Made by a program: the position numbers and the translations under genes
Shown: positions 1 to 9,875 of the stretch, piece after piece
Layout: every line of letters starts with the position of its first letter
Position numbering within the stretch: position 1 is the first letter of the stretch
Notes under the pieces: model-generated
Database searches by the model: none
The model's input: the letters and a program-made list of their open reading frames with translations, nothing else
What the model was told of the DNA's origin: nothing
Assembly: GCA_036825155.1 (NCBI GenBank)
Contig: DAISYU010000002.1
Coordinates: 3,914-67,913 of the forward strand
From: Thermodesulfobacteriota bacterium
Lineage (GTDB): Bacteria > Desulfobacterota > Desulfomonilia > UBA1062
Reading direction: 5' to 3'
Length of the DNA: 64,000 nt

Positions 1-251
1 AGAAATTCAAGAAAGGCGGGATCATGCTCGCGCTCAAGGCACGGCTGCCGATTGTGCCCATAACCGTTATCGATACCCACAAGCTTCTGCCCAAGAATTG
101 CCTGCGTATCAGGTCCGGAGTGGTCAGGATCATTGTAGGCGACCCCATCGACATATCGGCGTATTCCGAAAAGGACAGGGATATCCTCCTCGACAAGGTA
201 CGGGAGGTCATCAGGGGTAATCTCCAGAGGCTCTCCCAGGCATACACATGA
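1..251 (+). CDS. plsC: 1-acyl-sn-glycerol-3-phosphate acyltransferase (PlsC family), C-terminal fragment; 5' end lies outside the window
   Basis: The frame is open to nt 3. The translation ...FKKGGIMLALKARLPIVPITVIDT... matches the conserved FKKGA..VPIVP block near the PlsC C-terminus. Stop at 249-251. Confidence 0.55.
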   Translation, partial: KFKKGGIMLALKARLPIVPITVIDTHKLLPKNCLRIRSGVVRIIVGDPIDISAYSEKDRDILLDKVREVIRGNLQRLSQAYT

Positions 252-263
252 TATAATGGCGTC

Positions 264-337
264 CTGGAGTAGTGGAGTGGTGGATACAGGTGCTCGTAAG
301 GGCTGAAGGTGCCCTGAAAGAAATCTCCTTGGGGTGC
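264..337. repeat. copy A: degenerate TGGAGTNN 8-mer array followed by GGTGCCCTGAAAGAAATCTCCTTGGGGTG motif
   Basis: CTGGAGTAGTGGAGTGGTGG at 264-283, then the conserved GTGCCCTGAAA...CCTTGGGGTG block at 309-337. Confidence 0.6.
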
Positions 338-516
338 TGAGAGGATCTGAATCTGCCCCAGGCAGATGAGCTTCCTGACATCCGGCTGATTTTCTGATAC
401 ATATCTTAACGGTACCACTCACATCATTATCATGGAGGCCGCAATGAATACGGCAAGGAAAGTCATAGATCTCAACCAAATCGTAAGATTTAATAAAATG
501 TGAAAGATATGACGAT

Positions 517-972
517 ATGACTACAATACTTGTTATCTACCATTCACAGGGAGGAAACAATAAGGTCATGGCCGAAGCGGTGGCACAAGGGGCAAGGGCG
601 ATCGAGGACGTCGAAGTGATCCTCAAGGATGCCCTGGACGCGACTCTGGACGATCTCATCGAATGCGACGGGCTTATCATAGGATCTCCCGAGTACTTCG
701 GCTATATGTCAGGTGCGACAAAGGATTTCTTTGACCGCACTTATGAAGCGGCACGGGGCAGCGTCTTCAGAAAGCCCTACAGCGTATTCGTAAATGCAGG
801 CAATGACGGCACAGGTGCACTCAGGAGCATCGAGAGGATCTGTCTCGGATATCAATTCAAAAAGGTCTATGAGCCCATTGTGAAACCCGGCGAGATTACC
901 CGGGAGACCCTCGATGCATGCAGGGAAATGGGCCAGACCATAGCAGCAGGATGCAGTGCAGGTATTTATTGA
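517..972 (+). CDS. flavodoxin-like fold protein / NAD(P)H-dependent FMN reductase-like
   Basis: 151 aa. N-terminal ILVIYHSQGGN followed by GLIIGSPEYFGYMSG fits the flavodoxin/WrbA-type FMN-binding pattern. Confidence 0.55.
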   Translation: MTTILVIYHSQGGNNKVMAEAVAQGARAIEDVEVILKDALDATLDDLIECDGLIIGSPEYFGYMSGATKDFFDRTYEAARGSVFRKPYSVFVNAGNDGTGALRSIERICLGYQFKKVYEPIVKPGEITRETLDACREMGQTIAAGCSAGIY

Positions 973-996
973 TGAGATCTTGGAGGTTATCGGCTT

Positions 997-2880
997 GTGG
1001 ACAAAGGAGTATGCTTAGAGGCTCATGGCTCCTGGCCTGAGGAGTATTCCCGCAAGAAGGTCCCGGCACGAAAGATACTCGAATGCATCAGAGCGGGTTC
1101 CAGTGTTTTTGTGGAATCAGGCTGTGGGGAACCGCAGCACCTGGTGAAATCGCTCATCTTTGAAAACAAGAACCTTACAGATGTCCAGGTGTTTACGTCT
1201 GTTCCGCTGCGTTCCTATTCAGATTACGGCGGGGAGTTCGGATCACGGTTCCGCATAAAGTCCTTTTTCATCTCTCCAGGTATGACAAATGCCTTTGCCC
1301 AGGGTAATGCAGATCATATGCCCCTGTGCACGAGCGGCATGACTAAGCTGTTCAGCGAAGAATATATCAAGGTAAACACCATCCTGATTCAGCTCAGCCC
1401 ACCTGACGAAAACGGATACATGAGCCTCGGGGTCATGGTGGATATCATCAAGGCCATCATGTACAAGGCGGATACGGTGATCGCCCAGGTCAACGCATTC
1501 ATGCCCAGGACATGCGGCGACAGCATGATCCATGTTGACGATGTTGACTATATCGTGGAACACGACGAACCTCTGGTCAGCTACAGCCCTGAGGAGACGG
1601 ATCCTGAGATACTCATGGTAGGGGCCAATGTGGCCGGGCTCATTGAAGACGGTTCGACTCTTCAGGTGGGATTCGGCAGGATCCCTGATGCAGCGCTGAT
1701 GAACCTGTCAGGAAAAAGGGATATCTCGGTTCACTCGGAGATCATCACGGACACCATTGTAGACCTCGTACATGCAGGTGTTGTGGAAGGAAATGGCAAG
1801 AGTGCAAACAATGGGGCAATAACAGCCAGTCTGTGTATCGGCACCGAAAAAATCTTTGAATTTGTACGATCCAATCCCATGGTGGAGCTGAAAGACCTGT
1901 CATGTACCGGTAATCTCTCGGCGATCCTCTCTCATGACAGGTTCGTCGCCATAAACGGTGCCATGGAGATCGATCTCACCGGGCAATCATGCGTGGGTCT
2001 TGGTGAGTATATGGGATACTTCGGTGCACTTGGACATTCCACCTTCAACCGGACCGCCATGTTTACCACTGGAGGAAAGGGGATCATTGCCTTGCGCTCC
2101 ACATCCAGAGACGGCAGGTATTCGAGGATTGTCCCGGAATTCACCGACAGCAGGATCGGGATCATCACGACCCAGTCGGACATCCATTACGTGGTCACGG
2201 AATACGGACATGTGAACCTGTTCGGGAAATCCATACGTGAACGTGCCCTGGCACTGATTACAATCGCTCACCCAAAATTTAGGGCATGGCTCCTGGAAGA
2301 GGCAAAGCGTATGAACTATGTGTACGCCGACCAGCAGCTCCCTCCGGAAGACTCTCGGTATCCCGCCCAGTATGAGGTAACACGGGAGTTCTGCGGTGAA
2401 GATTTCCTGATCCGCCCCATAAAGGTGACAGACGAGCGGGCAATTCAGAACCTGTTTTATTCCCTGAGCACACATGATAAATTCCAGCGGTTCCTCATGC
2501 ATGTCACGGCTCTCCACCACAAGCAGGCTCAGGATCTGGTGAATGTAAATTATAAAGATTCAATGGCGCTTGTCGTCCTTGCAGGTAAAGTCGAGCAGGA
2601 ACATATCGCCGCCGTTGCCCATATTGCCAGGGAGGACTCAAGCGGCACGAGGAAAATCTGTGAGTTTGCGGCCATGGTGGACCCCGCATGGCAAAACAAG
2701 GGTATCGGAACATATCTCCTGAAATGCATGATGGCTGTCGGCAAAGACCTGGGATTCGACAGCATGCGTGCCTATATCTGGGAGGACAATGTCCAGATGC
2801 TCAGTGCTTTTGAAAAGACCGGACGCGGGATGACCCAGGAGCTCGAATGCCATGTTTACAAGGTGCGTATGGATATATGA
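997..2880 (+). CDS. acetyl-CoA hydrolase/transferase family protein with C-terminal GNAT N-acetyltransferase domain (fusion)
   Basis: 627 aa with a GTG start. The N-terminal roughly 450 aa resembles 4-hydroxybutyrate/acetyl-CoA CoA-transferases. The C-terminal roughly 170 aa has the GNAT core motif (AAMVDPAWQNKGIGTYLL). Confidence 0.6.
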   Translation: MDKGVCLEAHGSWPEEYSRKKVPARKILECIRAGSSVFVESGCGEPQHLVKSLIFENKNLTDVQVFTSVPLRSYSDYGGEFGSRFRIKSFFISPGMTNAFAQGNADHMPLCTSGMTKLFSEEYIKVNTILIQLSPPDENGYMSLGVMVDIIKAIMYKADTVIAQVNAFMPRTCGDSMIHVDDVDYIVEHDEPLVSYSPEETDPEILMVGANVAGLIEDGSTLQVGFGRIPDAALMNLSGKRDISVHSEIITDTIVDLVHAGVVEGNGKSANNGAITASLCIGTEKIFEFVRSNPMVELKDLSCTGNLSAILSHDRFVAINGAMEIDLTGQSCVGLGEYMGYFGALGHSTFNRTAMFTTGGKGIIALRSTSRDGRYSRIVPEFTDSRIGIITTQSDIHYVVTEYGHVNLFGKSIRERALALITIAHPKFRAWLLEEAKRMNYVYADQQLPPEDSRYPAQYEVTREFCGEDFLIRPIKVTDERAIQNLFYSLSTHDKFQRFLMHVTALHHKQAQDLVNVNYKDSMALVVLAGKVEQEHIAAVAHIAREDSSGTRKICEFAAMVDPAWQNKGIGTYLLKCMMAVGKDLGFDSMRAYIWEDNVQMLSAFEKTGRGMTQELECHVYKVRMDI

Positions 2881-2941
2881 TATACGGCAAACCATATTCT
2901 TGAGGTTCTGATCATAACCGACAGATCACCATATACCATAT

Positions 2942-3226
2942 CTGGAGTATTGGAGTACTGGACTTAAGGGTAAGGGGTAAATTGTTATTGGGTTAATGTT
3001 GAAGCATTCAGGAACTTTTCATACGGTTCATTCCTCGTAATGAATCCGCTATCAAACTTTCTTGCGTGGTCAGTGGTTTAATACTCACTCAATAAAATCT
3101 TTTCTTCTGAATTCTGACTCCCGGAGTCTAAATACTGCTTTGAGTTCAATTCAACCTAAAACTTAAAACCTAACACCTTGAACCTTGGTTTTTTATCCAC
3201 CACTCCAGTACTCCAATACTCCAACT
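2942..3226. repeat. roughly 285-bp intergenic element bounded by inverted NNACTCCA/TGGAGTNN 8-mer arrays (MITE-like)
   Basis: CTGGAGTATTGGAGTACTGGAC at 2942-2963 is the reverse complement of CCAGTACTCCAATACTCCA at 3203-3221. No ORF inside. An internal TTCTGAATTCTG motif is shared with the 12.9-kb and 56.4-kb loci. Confidence 0.5.
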
Positions 3227-3257
3227 CTTTATCCTGTCACGAATCCCTTGACCCTTA

Positions 3258-4553
3258 ATGCATAGCGTACTAAAGATCATGACCATGCTTGATCTGTTCC
3301 TGGACATACTCAAGGGCCCGTGTTCGCTGAACAGGGGGGATTCCGTACTCGTATGCTGTTCAGGCGGAGTGGATTCCATGGTCCTGCTGGATCTCATGGA
3401 CAAGGCTGCCCGTCCTATGGGGTTGCGGATCGGTGTTGTGCACATTGATCATGGCATCAGGGGTGATGAGTCACACCATGATGCACGGTTTGTCATCGAG
3501 CAGTGTGAACGCATGCACATAGACTCCTATGTGTATGAACTTGACATAAGCCCCGAGACCCCGAACCTGGAGGAAGAGGCCCGCATCAGGCGCTATGAAG
3601 CCATCATGAAATGCGCTCGGGAGCATGGTTACACCTTTGTCGCCACCGGGCACACCATGGATGATCAGGCAGAGACAATTATCTACCGGTTTATTCGCGG
3701 CAGCGGCATACGAGGACTGGCCGGCATGGATTATACCACCAAAGATGGGCTGCTGAGGCCGTTACTGGGCTTTTCCCGCAGAGAGATAGAGCACTATGCC
3801 GCTGCAGGCGGCATAAGCCATGTGAACGACCGCACGAATGAAGATACAAAGCTCGTGAGAAACCGTATCCGTCATGAACTGCTGCCGCTCATGAGAAAAA
3901 TAAACCCGTCTGTGGTCAATGCCGTCTCACGCCTGTCCGATATCGCCCGGGAAGAGGGCAATGCCCTGGCTGACCTGGCACAATCCCTTGAGGAACGCGC
4001 TGTTGTATTCAATTGGGACCTTGTTCGTGCTTATAAATCAGACATTCTCCTTGATGCCGGGGAGGCTCTGGCCAGACGACTCATCATTGCAGTGCTGACT
4101 GATATGCTCGGTGAGCCCAGAGGTGTGGATGCGATCCAGATTCAGGGCATCATGGATGTGCTCACAGGCTTAAAACGAGCTCATACAATAAAGAGACGCG
4201 TTCATGCAGAACTGGACGACAACATGCTGGTTTTTTCAACCACGCTCAAAGGACCTTTTTTTGATGTTGCTGTCGAGGGCCCGGGGATCCATACCCTCGA
4301 AGGTATCAACCAGAAGATAGAGATCCGTGTCCCAAGACAGGATCTGCCGCTCCTGAGGGTCCGTTCTTACATTCCGGGCGACCGTATTGGTACGAAAAAG
4401 GTGAGCAGGATCCTGTCCGAAGGCGGGGTAGCAAGGACTTTACGTGTCTTCTGGCCCGTCGTGCTCTTAAAAGACGAGGTGGTCTGTGTTGCCGGCATGA
4501 AAGGCAGCTGCCGGGACATGGATATACAAACCGAATTCCCCTATCATGAATAA
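3258..4553 (+). CDS. tilS: tRNA(Ile)-lysidine synthetase
   Basis: PP-loop SGGVDS near the N-terminus and TilS-like length (431 aa). It overlaps mfd by 8 nt. Confidence 0.8.
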   Translation: MHSVLKIMTMLDLFLDILKGPCSLNRGDSVLVCCSGGVDSMVLLDLMDKAARPMGLRIGVVHIDHGIRGDESHHDARFVIEQCERMHIDSYVYELDISPETPNLEEEARIRRYEAIMKCAREHGYTFVATGHTMDDQAETIIYRFIRGSGIRGLAGMDYTTKDGLLRPLLGFSRREIEHYAAAGGISHVNDRTNEDTKLVRNRIRHELLPLMRKINPSVVNAVSRLSDIAREEGNALADLAQSLEERAVVFNWDLVRAYKSDILLDAGEALARRLIIAVLTDMLGEPRGVDAIQIQGIMDVLTGLKRAHTIKRRVHAELDDNMLVFSTTLKGPFFDVAVEGPGIHTLEGINQKIEIRVPRQDLPLLRVRSYIPGDRIGTKKVSRILSEGGVARTLRVFWPVVLLKDEVVCVAGMKGSCRDMDIQTEFPYHE

Positions 4554-7500
4554 CATTCAGGACAACCTTGCACAAACAACCTCCATGGGCTCCCTTGTGC
4601 TGCCGCTCAAGGCGCTCATTATTGCCTCAACGTTCTCAAAGAGACACAAGACCATTCTCTGGATTGTGCAGGATACCGAAGAGATGTATCAGGCCGAGGA
4701 AGACCTGACAAACTTCCTGGACTCCTCGTATATTCACACCTTTTATCCTGCCGATGTGCGTCCGTACCAGGACGACAGCCCTGCAAGAGAGATCGTTGCG
4801 CACAGAATATCGGTCCTGTATCACCTGATGAAAGGGGATCCCGGTGTTATTATCGCCCCGTTCAGTGCTGTCCTTCCCTATGTGATCGCCAGAGAAGACC
4901 TGGAGGATGCTGCAACAAGGCTCAGCGTAGATATGGAGATCGACAGGGATGACCTCGCACTCAGGCTCATGCACATGGGATACACCAGAGAGGCACTCAT
5001 AGATGACGTGGGACAGTTCAGCATTCGGGGCTCGGTGATCGACATATTCTCCCCCGGCAGGCAAGACCCGGTAAGACTCGATCTGTTCGGGGACACCATA
5101 TCCTCGATCAAGTCCTTTAATGTGAACACGCAACGGTCAAAGAAAGAACTCTCTACCGCCGTCATACTACCTGCAAGCGAGATCCTGCTTGACTCCTACC
5201 ATATAAAGAACGCGCGACCTGCCCTGAGACGGATGAAGGATCCATCAACCAAATATCTCATCAGCGATATAGAACAGGGCATCTACACGCCGGGGCTGGA
5301 GATGTACCTGCCCCTGTTCTACGAGAAACCGGCCTCCATATTCGACTACCTGAAGGCTGACTCTATACTGGTATGCCCCGACAGACCCTCGCTGGTGGAT
5401 CTCTGGGATGAGGAATATGGAAGGTATGTTCATGCATTTGAGCGTTCGGATGAAAATTCCAGGAAATACATGCCTCCGGTCGAGCTTGTCATCGGCAAAA
5501 AGGATATCTTCACTGCACTGGACAGGGCAGGACACCATATTTCCACATCACTGGGAACTTCCGGAGAGGAAGTGGAGTACAAGCACGTGCCCATTTCCTT
5601 TTATGCTGAACAGGGAAGCGATGCAGTCTTCGAATACATACGTTCGCTGACTGATGAAGGACTGGATGTATTTGTCTTTGCAAGCACTCAGATGCTCTTC
5701 GAACGTCTCGAATATGCCTTTGAGAAACGGGAAATACGCCCGGACACCACCACGGGTTCGTCTATTCTCACACGAAGCGGGTGGGGTGCACGTCTTCATC
5801 TTATCGAGCGTTTCATCTCCACAGGATTCATACTGCCTTCACTGGGTATCGCCCTCGTCTCAGCGGACGAGGCCTTCGGCACAAAGAAACGCCGGAGGAG
5901 GGTGTCTTCAGGGCTGCCGATCCTGAATCCTTTCACCCAGCTCAATGTCGGTGATGCCGTGGTGCACAGGGACAACGGCATCGGCATCTTCAAGGGGGTT
6001 GTCAGGCTTGACCTGGAGGGGTTCAAGAACGATTTCATCCTCCTGGAATATCTCGGCGGGGACAAGCTGTATGTGCCGGTGTACAAGCTCTCGCTTCTGC
6101 AGCGCTATATCGGCGATGCGGATCATTTCATCATCGATAAACTCGGCGGTACCAGGTGGACCAAGGCTAAAAACAGGGCCAAAGAGTCCGTGGCAAAGCT
6201 GGCCGGAGAACTTCTTGACATCTATGCAATGCGGCAGAGCAGCCGGGGTACCAGCTTCGATACATCGAGCGGTTTAGTCCAGGAATTTGAGGACACCTTT
6301 GTATACGATGAGACCGACGATCAGCTCAGGGCCGTAGAGGACATGTATACAGACATGGCCTCCCACAGGCCCATGGACCGGCTCGTCTGCGGCGATGTGG
6401 GGTACGGCAAGACCGAGGTGGCGCTCAGGGCCGCCTATGTAGCGGTGATGGCAGGCAAACAGGTCGCCGTTCTTGTCCCCACGACCCTCCTGGCCAGGCA
6501 GCACCTCAACACGTTCCAGCAGCGCTTTGAAAAATGGCCTGTGCGGATAGAAGCTGTTTCGAGCTTTTCCTCGTCACTCTCCAACAGGGAGGTCCTGCTC
6601 GGACTGGAACAGGGCAAGGTGGATATTGTCATCGGAACCCATGCTCTGCTCTCCGATAAGGTGAAGTTCAAGGAACTGGGCCTCCTGGTGGTGGATGAAG
6701 AACACAGGTTCGGCGTAAAACACAAGGAGCTCATCAAGGCAAAACGTGCAGAGGTGGAGATCCTTACCCTTACAGCCACCCCCATCCCGAGGACACTGAA
6801 TATGGCCATATCAGGCATCAGGGATCTGTCCATTATAGAAACCCCTCCTGCAGAGAGAAAATCCATCGAGACCATGATCTCAAGATTCGATGAGGAAGAG
6901 ATACAACAGGCAATCCAGCGGGAGCTGATGCGGGGAGGGCAGGTGTTTTTCGTGCACAACCAGGTATCCAACATCAATGCCATGGCAGGACATATCCAGA
7001 CACTCGTGCCCCAGGCCCGGGTTGGGGTAGCCCACGGTCAGATGTCCAGGGTCCAGCTGGAGCGGATCATGAGTAAATTTCTGGACCGGTCGGTCAATGT
7101 GCTGGTCACGTCCGCGATCATCAGCTCCGGGATCGATATCCCCTCGGCAAATACCATTGTCATCAACCGCGCAGACAAGTTCGGGCTCGCCGACCTCTAT
7201 CAGCTCCGCGGCAGAGTCGGCAGATCCAAGATCAGAGGGTTTGCCCTGCTGCTGATACCTGCAGCGGGCCAGATCACCAAAGATGCAAAAAAGAGACTGT
7301 CCGCCATCAAGGAATACGAGTCTCTGGGCGCCGGATTCCAGATGGCCCTGCGTGATATGGAGATCCGAGGCGTCGGTGATATCCTGGGAAAGGCCCAATG
7401 GGGCCATGTCACTGCGATCGGCTACGAACTGTACCAGCAGATGCTTGCAGAAGCCGTTGGCAGACTTCAGGGTAAGGAAGAGATTGTCGAGATAGATCCC

Positions 7501-7929
7501 GAGATCAGAATCGGTCTGGATGCCTACATCCCTGAAGAGTACTGTCCTGACCAGCACCTGAGACTCGGCCTGTATAAACGACTTTTCTCTGCGGATGCTC
7601 AGGAACTGCCTGCCATAGGCGAGGAGATCTCGGACCTGTACGGAGAGATCCCTGCACCTGTCAGGATACTCATGAGCATCGCTGAAATCAGGGACATCAT
7701 GAAGAAGATCAGGCTGAAAAAACTCGAAAGGCATGATAATACCTTGAGATTGTATCTTGCCCGTGATAGCAAAGTAAACCTTGAGAAACTGATTGAGCTT
7801 GTGACAAACAAGAATGGGAGGCTCTACCAGGAAGGTATTGCTGAAATACCCATAGGTGAAGATAATGTTCAAAATGAGATGCGTGATATTCTCTATAGTA
7901 TTGCTGAGTCTCCTTCTCGGAGCGTGTGA
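4546..7929 (+). CDS. mfd: transcription-repair coupling factor
   Basis: 1127 aa. It has a UvrB-homology N-terminus, a DEAD/DEAH helicase core (GDVGYGKTEVA, DEEHRFG) and a TRCF C-terminal domain. Confidence 0.9.
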   Translation: MNNIQDNLAQTTSMGSLVLPLKALIIASTFSKRHKTILWIVQDTEEMYQAEEDLTNFLDSSYIHTFYPADVRPYQDDSPAREIVAHRISVLYHLMKGDPGVIIAPFSAVLPYVIAREDLEDAATRLSVDMEIDRDDLALRLMHMGYTREALIDDVGQFSIRGSVIDIFSPGRQDPVRLDLFGDTISSIKSFNVNTQRSKKELSTAVILPASEILLDSYHIKNARPALRRMKDPSTKYLISDIEQGIYTPGLEMYLPLFYEKPASIFDYLKADSILVCPDRPSLVDLWDEEYGRYVHAFERSDENSRKYMPPVELVIGKKDIFTALDRAGHHISTSLGTSGEEVEYKHVPISFYAEQGSDAVFEYIRSLTDEGLDVFVFASTQMLFERLEYAFEKREIRPDTTTGSSILTRSGWGARLHLIERFISTGFILPSLGIALVSADEAFGTKKRRRRVSSGLPILNPFTQLNVGDAVVHRDNGIGIFKGVVRLDLEGFKNDFILLEYLGGDKLYVPVYKLSLLQRYIGDADHFIIDKLGGTRWTKAKNRAKESVAKLAGELLDIYAMRQSSRGTSFDTSSGLVQEFEDTFVYDETDDQLRAVEDMYTDMASHRPMDRLVCGDVGYGKTEVALRAAYVAVMAGKQVAVLVPTTLLARQHLNTFQQRFEKWPVRIEAVSSFSSSLSNREVLLGLEQGKVDIVIGTHALLSDKVKFKELGLLVVDEEHRFGVKHKELIKAKRAEVEILTLTATPIPRTLNMAISGIRDLSIIETPPAERKSIETMISRFDEEEIQQAIQRELMRGGQVFFVHNQVSNINAMAGHIQTLVPQARVGVAHGQMSRVQLERIMSKFLDRSVNVLVTSAIISSGIDIPSANTIVINRADKFGLADLYQLRGRVGRSKIRGFALLLIPAAGQITKDAKKRLSAIKEYESLGAGFQMALRDMEIRGVGDILGKAQWGHVTAIGYELYQQMLAEAVGRLQGKEEIVEIDPEIRIGLDAYIPEEYCPDQHLRLGLYKRLFSADAQELPAIGEEISDLYGEIPAPVRILMSIAEIRDIMKKIRLKKLERHDNTLRLYLARDSKVNLEKLIELVTNKNGRLYQEGIAEIPIGEDNVQNEMRDILYSIAESPSRSV

Positions 7930-8803
7930 CCGCGGCAAGGGCGCATGCGTGATACAGGTAGGGGATGTCTGTATTACGAAACAGCAGTTTAAAGAACGTC
8001 TCGAACGTTTCGCGGAGGAATCCCTGATCAGTTCCGAAGAAGTGCTCCAGCAGATGAAACCTATTGTTGTGGACAATATCATCGAGGAACAGCTCATCAT
8101 CCAGTATGCACGCAAGGGATTTATTACGGTTACGGAACAGGAGATCGATATTGCGTTGAAAGGCCTCATGGAGGGTACCGGCAAAGAAGATCTGGACAAG
8201 CTTCTGACAGAAGAATACCGGGATATCTCGGATATGAGGGAATTCATAAGGACCAGGACCCTGATCAACAGGACCGTGGAAAAGGCGGTAAAGAAAGACG
8301 TGGTGGTTACCAAGGATCAGGTCAAACTGTACTACGAAGAGCACCTCTCCGACTTTTACCGGCCTTCATCCATTGAGCTTTACCATGTGTTCGTCAAGGA
8401 CCAGTTCCAGGCAAAAGAGGCTCTTGTGATGCTCCGCTCCGGGGTACCCCTGGAACAGGTTGTGAGACAGTACGGCAATCCTCAGGAGAATAACGAGTCG
8501 GGCTTTATGGGTGTGTTTGTCAAGGGCGATCTGCCGAAAGAGGTGGAAGAGGTGGTCTTTTCCATCCCTGAACGCCGCTACTCGGAGATCATCGACACGC
8601 AGAGGGGATACCATATTTTTTATGTTGCAAAGAGGACGAAACCGGGTACACTGCCGTTAATCATAGCAGCCGATGAGATACACGACAAACTCGAAGGTGA
8701 GATGTTTGAAAAGAAATATGCCGAGTTTATAGATGGGCTGAGAAAACAATACATTACTGAGGTGAACTGGGATGAGATCAACTCTGTCTCTGTTAAAGAA
8801 TAA
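7856..8803 (+). CDS. PpiC/SurA-type peptidyl-prolyl isomerase lipoprotein
   Basis: Signal peptide with lipobox LLLGAC, then a SurA-like N-domain and a parvulin-type rotamase region. Overlaps the mfd 3' end in another frame, so the start is uncertain. Confidence 0.55.
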   Translation: MKIMFKMRCVIFSIVLLSLLLGACDRGKGACVIQVGDVCITKQQFKERLERFAEESLISSEEVLQQMKPIVVDNIIEEQLIIQYARKGFITVTEQEIDIALKGLMEGTGKEDLDKLLTEEYRDISDMREFIRTRTLINRTVEKAVKKDVVVTKDQVKLYYEEHLSDFYRPSSIELYHVFVKDQFQAKEALVMLRSGVPLEQVVRQYGNPQENNESGFMGVFVKGDLPKEVEEVVFSIPERRYSEIIDTQRGYHIFYVAKRTKPGTLPLIIAADEIHDKLEGEMFEKKYAEFIDGLRKQYITEVNWDEINSVSVKE

Positions 8804-9626
8804 CTGCCGGATATGCCTTCTTATTCTGGCGTTTCTCGTGATGGGAAATGCCGCCCTGGCAGACAGGATCGAGGGTATCGTAGCTGTTGTGGACGATACC
8901 ATAATCATGGTCTCTGATCTCAGGAATAAGATGGCAGAGCTCGGTGCACCGAAAAACAGCTTGAGTGCACAGCGCCAGGTCCTCGAGCTGATGGTTGAGA
9001 ATATCGTTGTTGAAAAGATATACAGATCATTCGGGTTTCCAAAGGTGGATCCGAAAGAAGCTGAGTCCTATGCAGAAAAATCAAAAATAAGTGTCAGCGA
9101 TGCCTCATCTATGATCATGAAATCCACCCTGATGGATGTGATGGTCCGTTCCAGGGTGGTGATCACCGACAACATGATTCAGGATTATTATGATACGAAT
9201 CCCGAATATGCAGGCAGAGAATCTGTGAGACTGAAGCAGATACTCGTCAAGGAAGACGAGGAAAAGGCGATCAAGGCATTGTCCGACATTCAAGGGGGCA
9301 GGGCGTTTGATGAAGTTGCACAGGAAGTCTCCGACATCCTCCTTTCCGGCAGTTCCGACATAGGATGGATTGCCATTGACGACCTTTCAGAGGATATACG
9401 TGACGCAATAGTTGCAGCAAATCAGGGGGATGTTGTAGGGCCGTTCAAGATGAACGCCTACTATGCCATCTTTGAGGTCGGCACCAAAGAGCTGGCGGGA
9501 GTCAAGAAACTTGAAGAGGTCTACCCGGAGATCGTAGAAACCCTCCAGAAAAAGTACCAGCAGGAGGCGTTCAAACACTGGCTGGACAAGATGATGACCG
9601 AGTACTTTATCGGGATATATATTTAA
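8772..9626 (+). CDS. SurA-like periplasmic chaperone / peptidyl-prolyl isomerase (second paralog)
   Basis: Signal peptide (LLILAFLVMGNAALA), a SurA N-terminal-like region and a PpiC-type C-terminal region. Confidence 0.55.
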   Translation: MRSTLSLLKNNCRICLLILAFLVMGNAALADRIEGIVAVVDDTIIMVSDLRNKMAELGAPKNSLSAQRQVLELMVENIVVEKIYRSFGFPKVDPKEAESYAEKSKISVSDASSMIMKSTLMDVMVRSRVVITDNMIQDYYDTNPEYAGRESVRLKQILVKEDEEKAIKALSDIQGGRAFDEVAQEVSDILLSGSSDIGWIAIDDLSEDIRDAIVAANQGDVVGPFKMNAYYAIFEVGTKELAGVKKLEEVYPEIVETLQKKYQQEAFKHWLDKMMTEYFIGIYI

Positions 9627-9875
9627 CATTCGAGAACCTGGGTGCAAAGGGCCTAAGGTTCAGAGGGACAAAGTCAGGGCTCAAGACTGCAGGTCAAAGA
9701 TAGAGACGAAACACATCAATACATTAAGATATAATAGAAAGGCTAATTATACAGCTTCAGACCGAAAAATGAAGAAATACGGATCCATAACTTACTTGAA
9801 TGTTTTTTCTTCAGGCACTTTTCTTTTTAGCTTCAGCCCATTGAACATTTGTCTCTTTGGCCCTAATCATTAACA

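Noticed and set aside
1987-2520. 177-aa minus-strand ORF and other small ORFs inside the CoA-transferase/GNAT gene
   Set aside because: They are embedded antisense in a gene with clear domain homology, and nothing is recognisable in their translations.
6880-8313. 477-aa minus-strand ORF, plus several 60-210-aa ORFs on either strand that overlap mfd and the PpiC-type gene
   Set aside because: They are antisense to, or out of frame within, strongly supported mfd and PPIase coding sequence. They have low-complexity Ser/Arg-rich translations typical of reverse-frame artefacts, and no SD or motif.
9627-9875. LexA/SOS box upstream of uvrA
   Set aside because: There is no convincing palindrome of known LexA type. 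The repeated AAGG/CAGGG words did not form a dyad.
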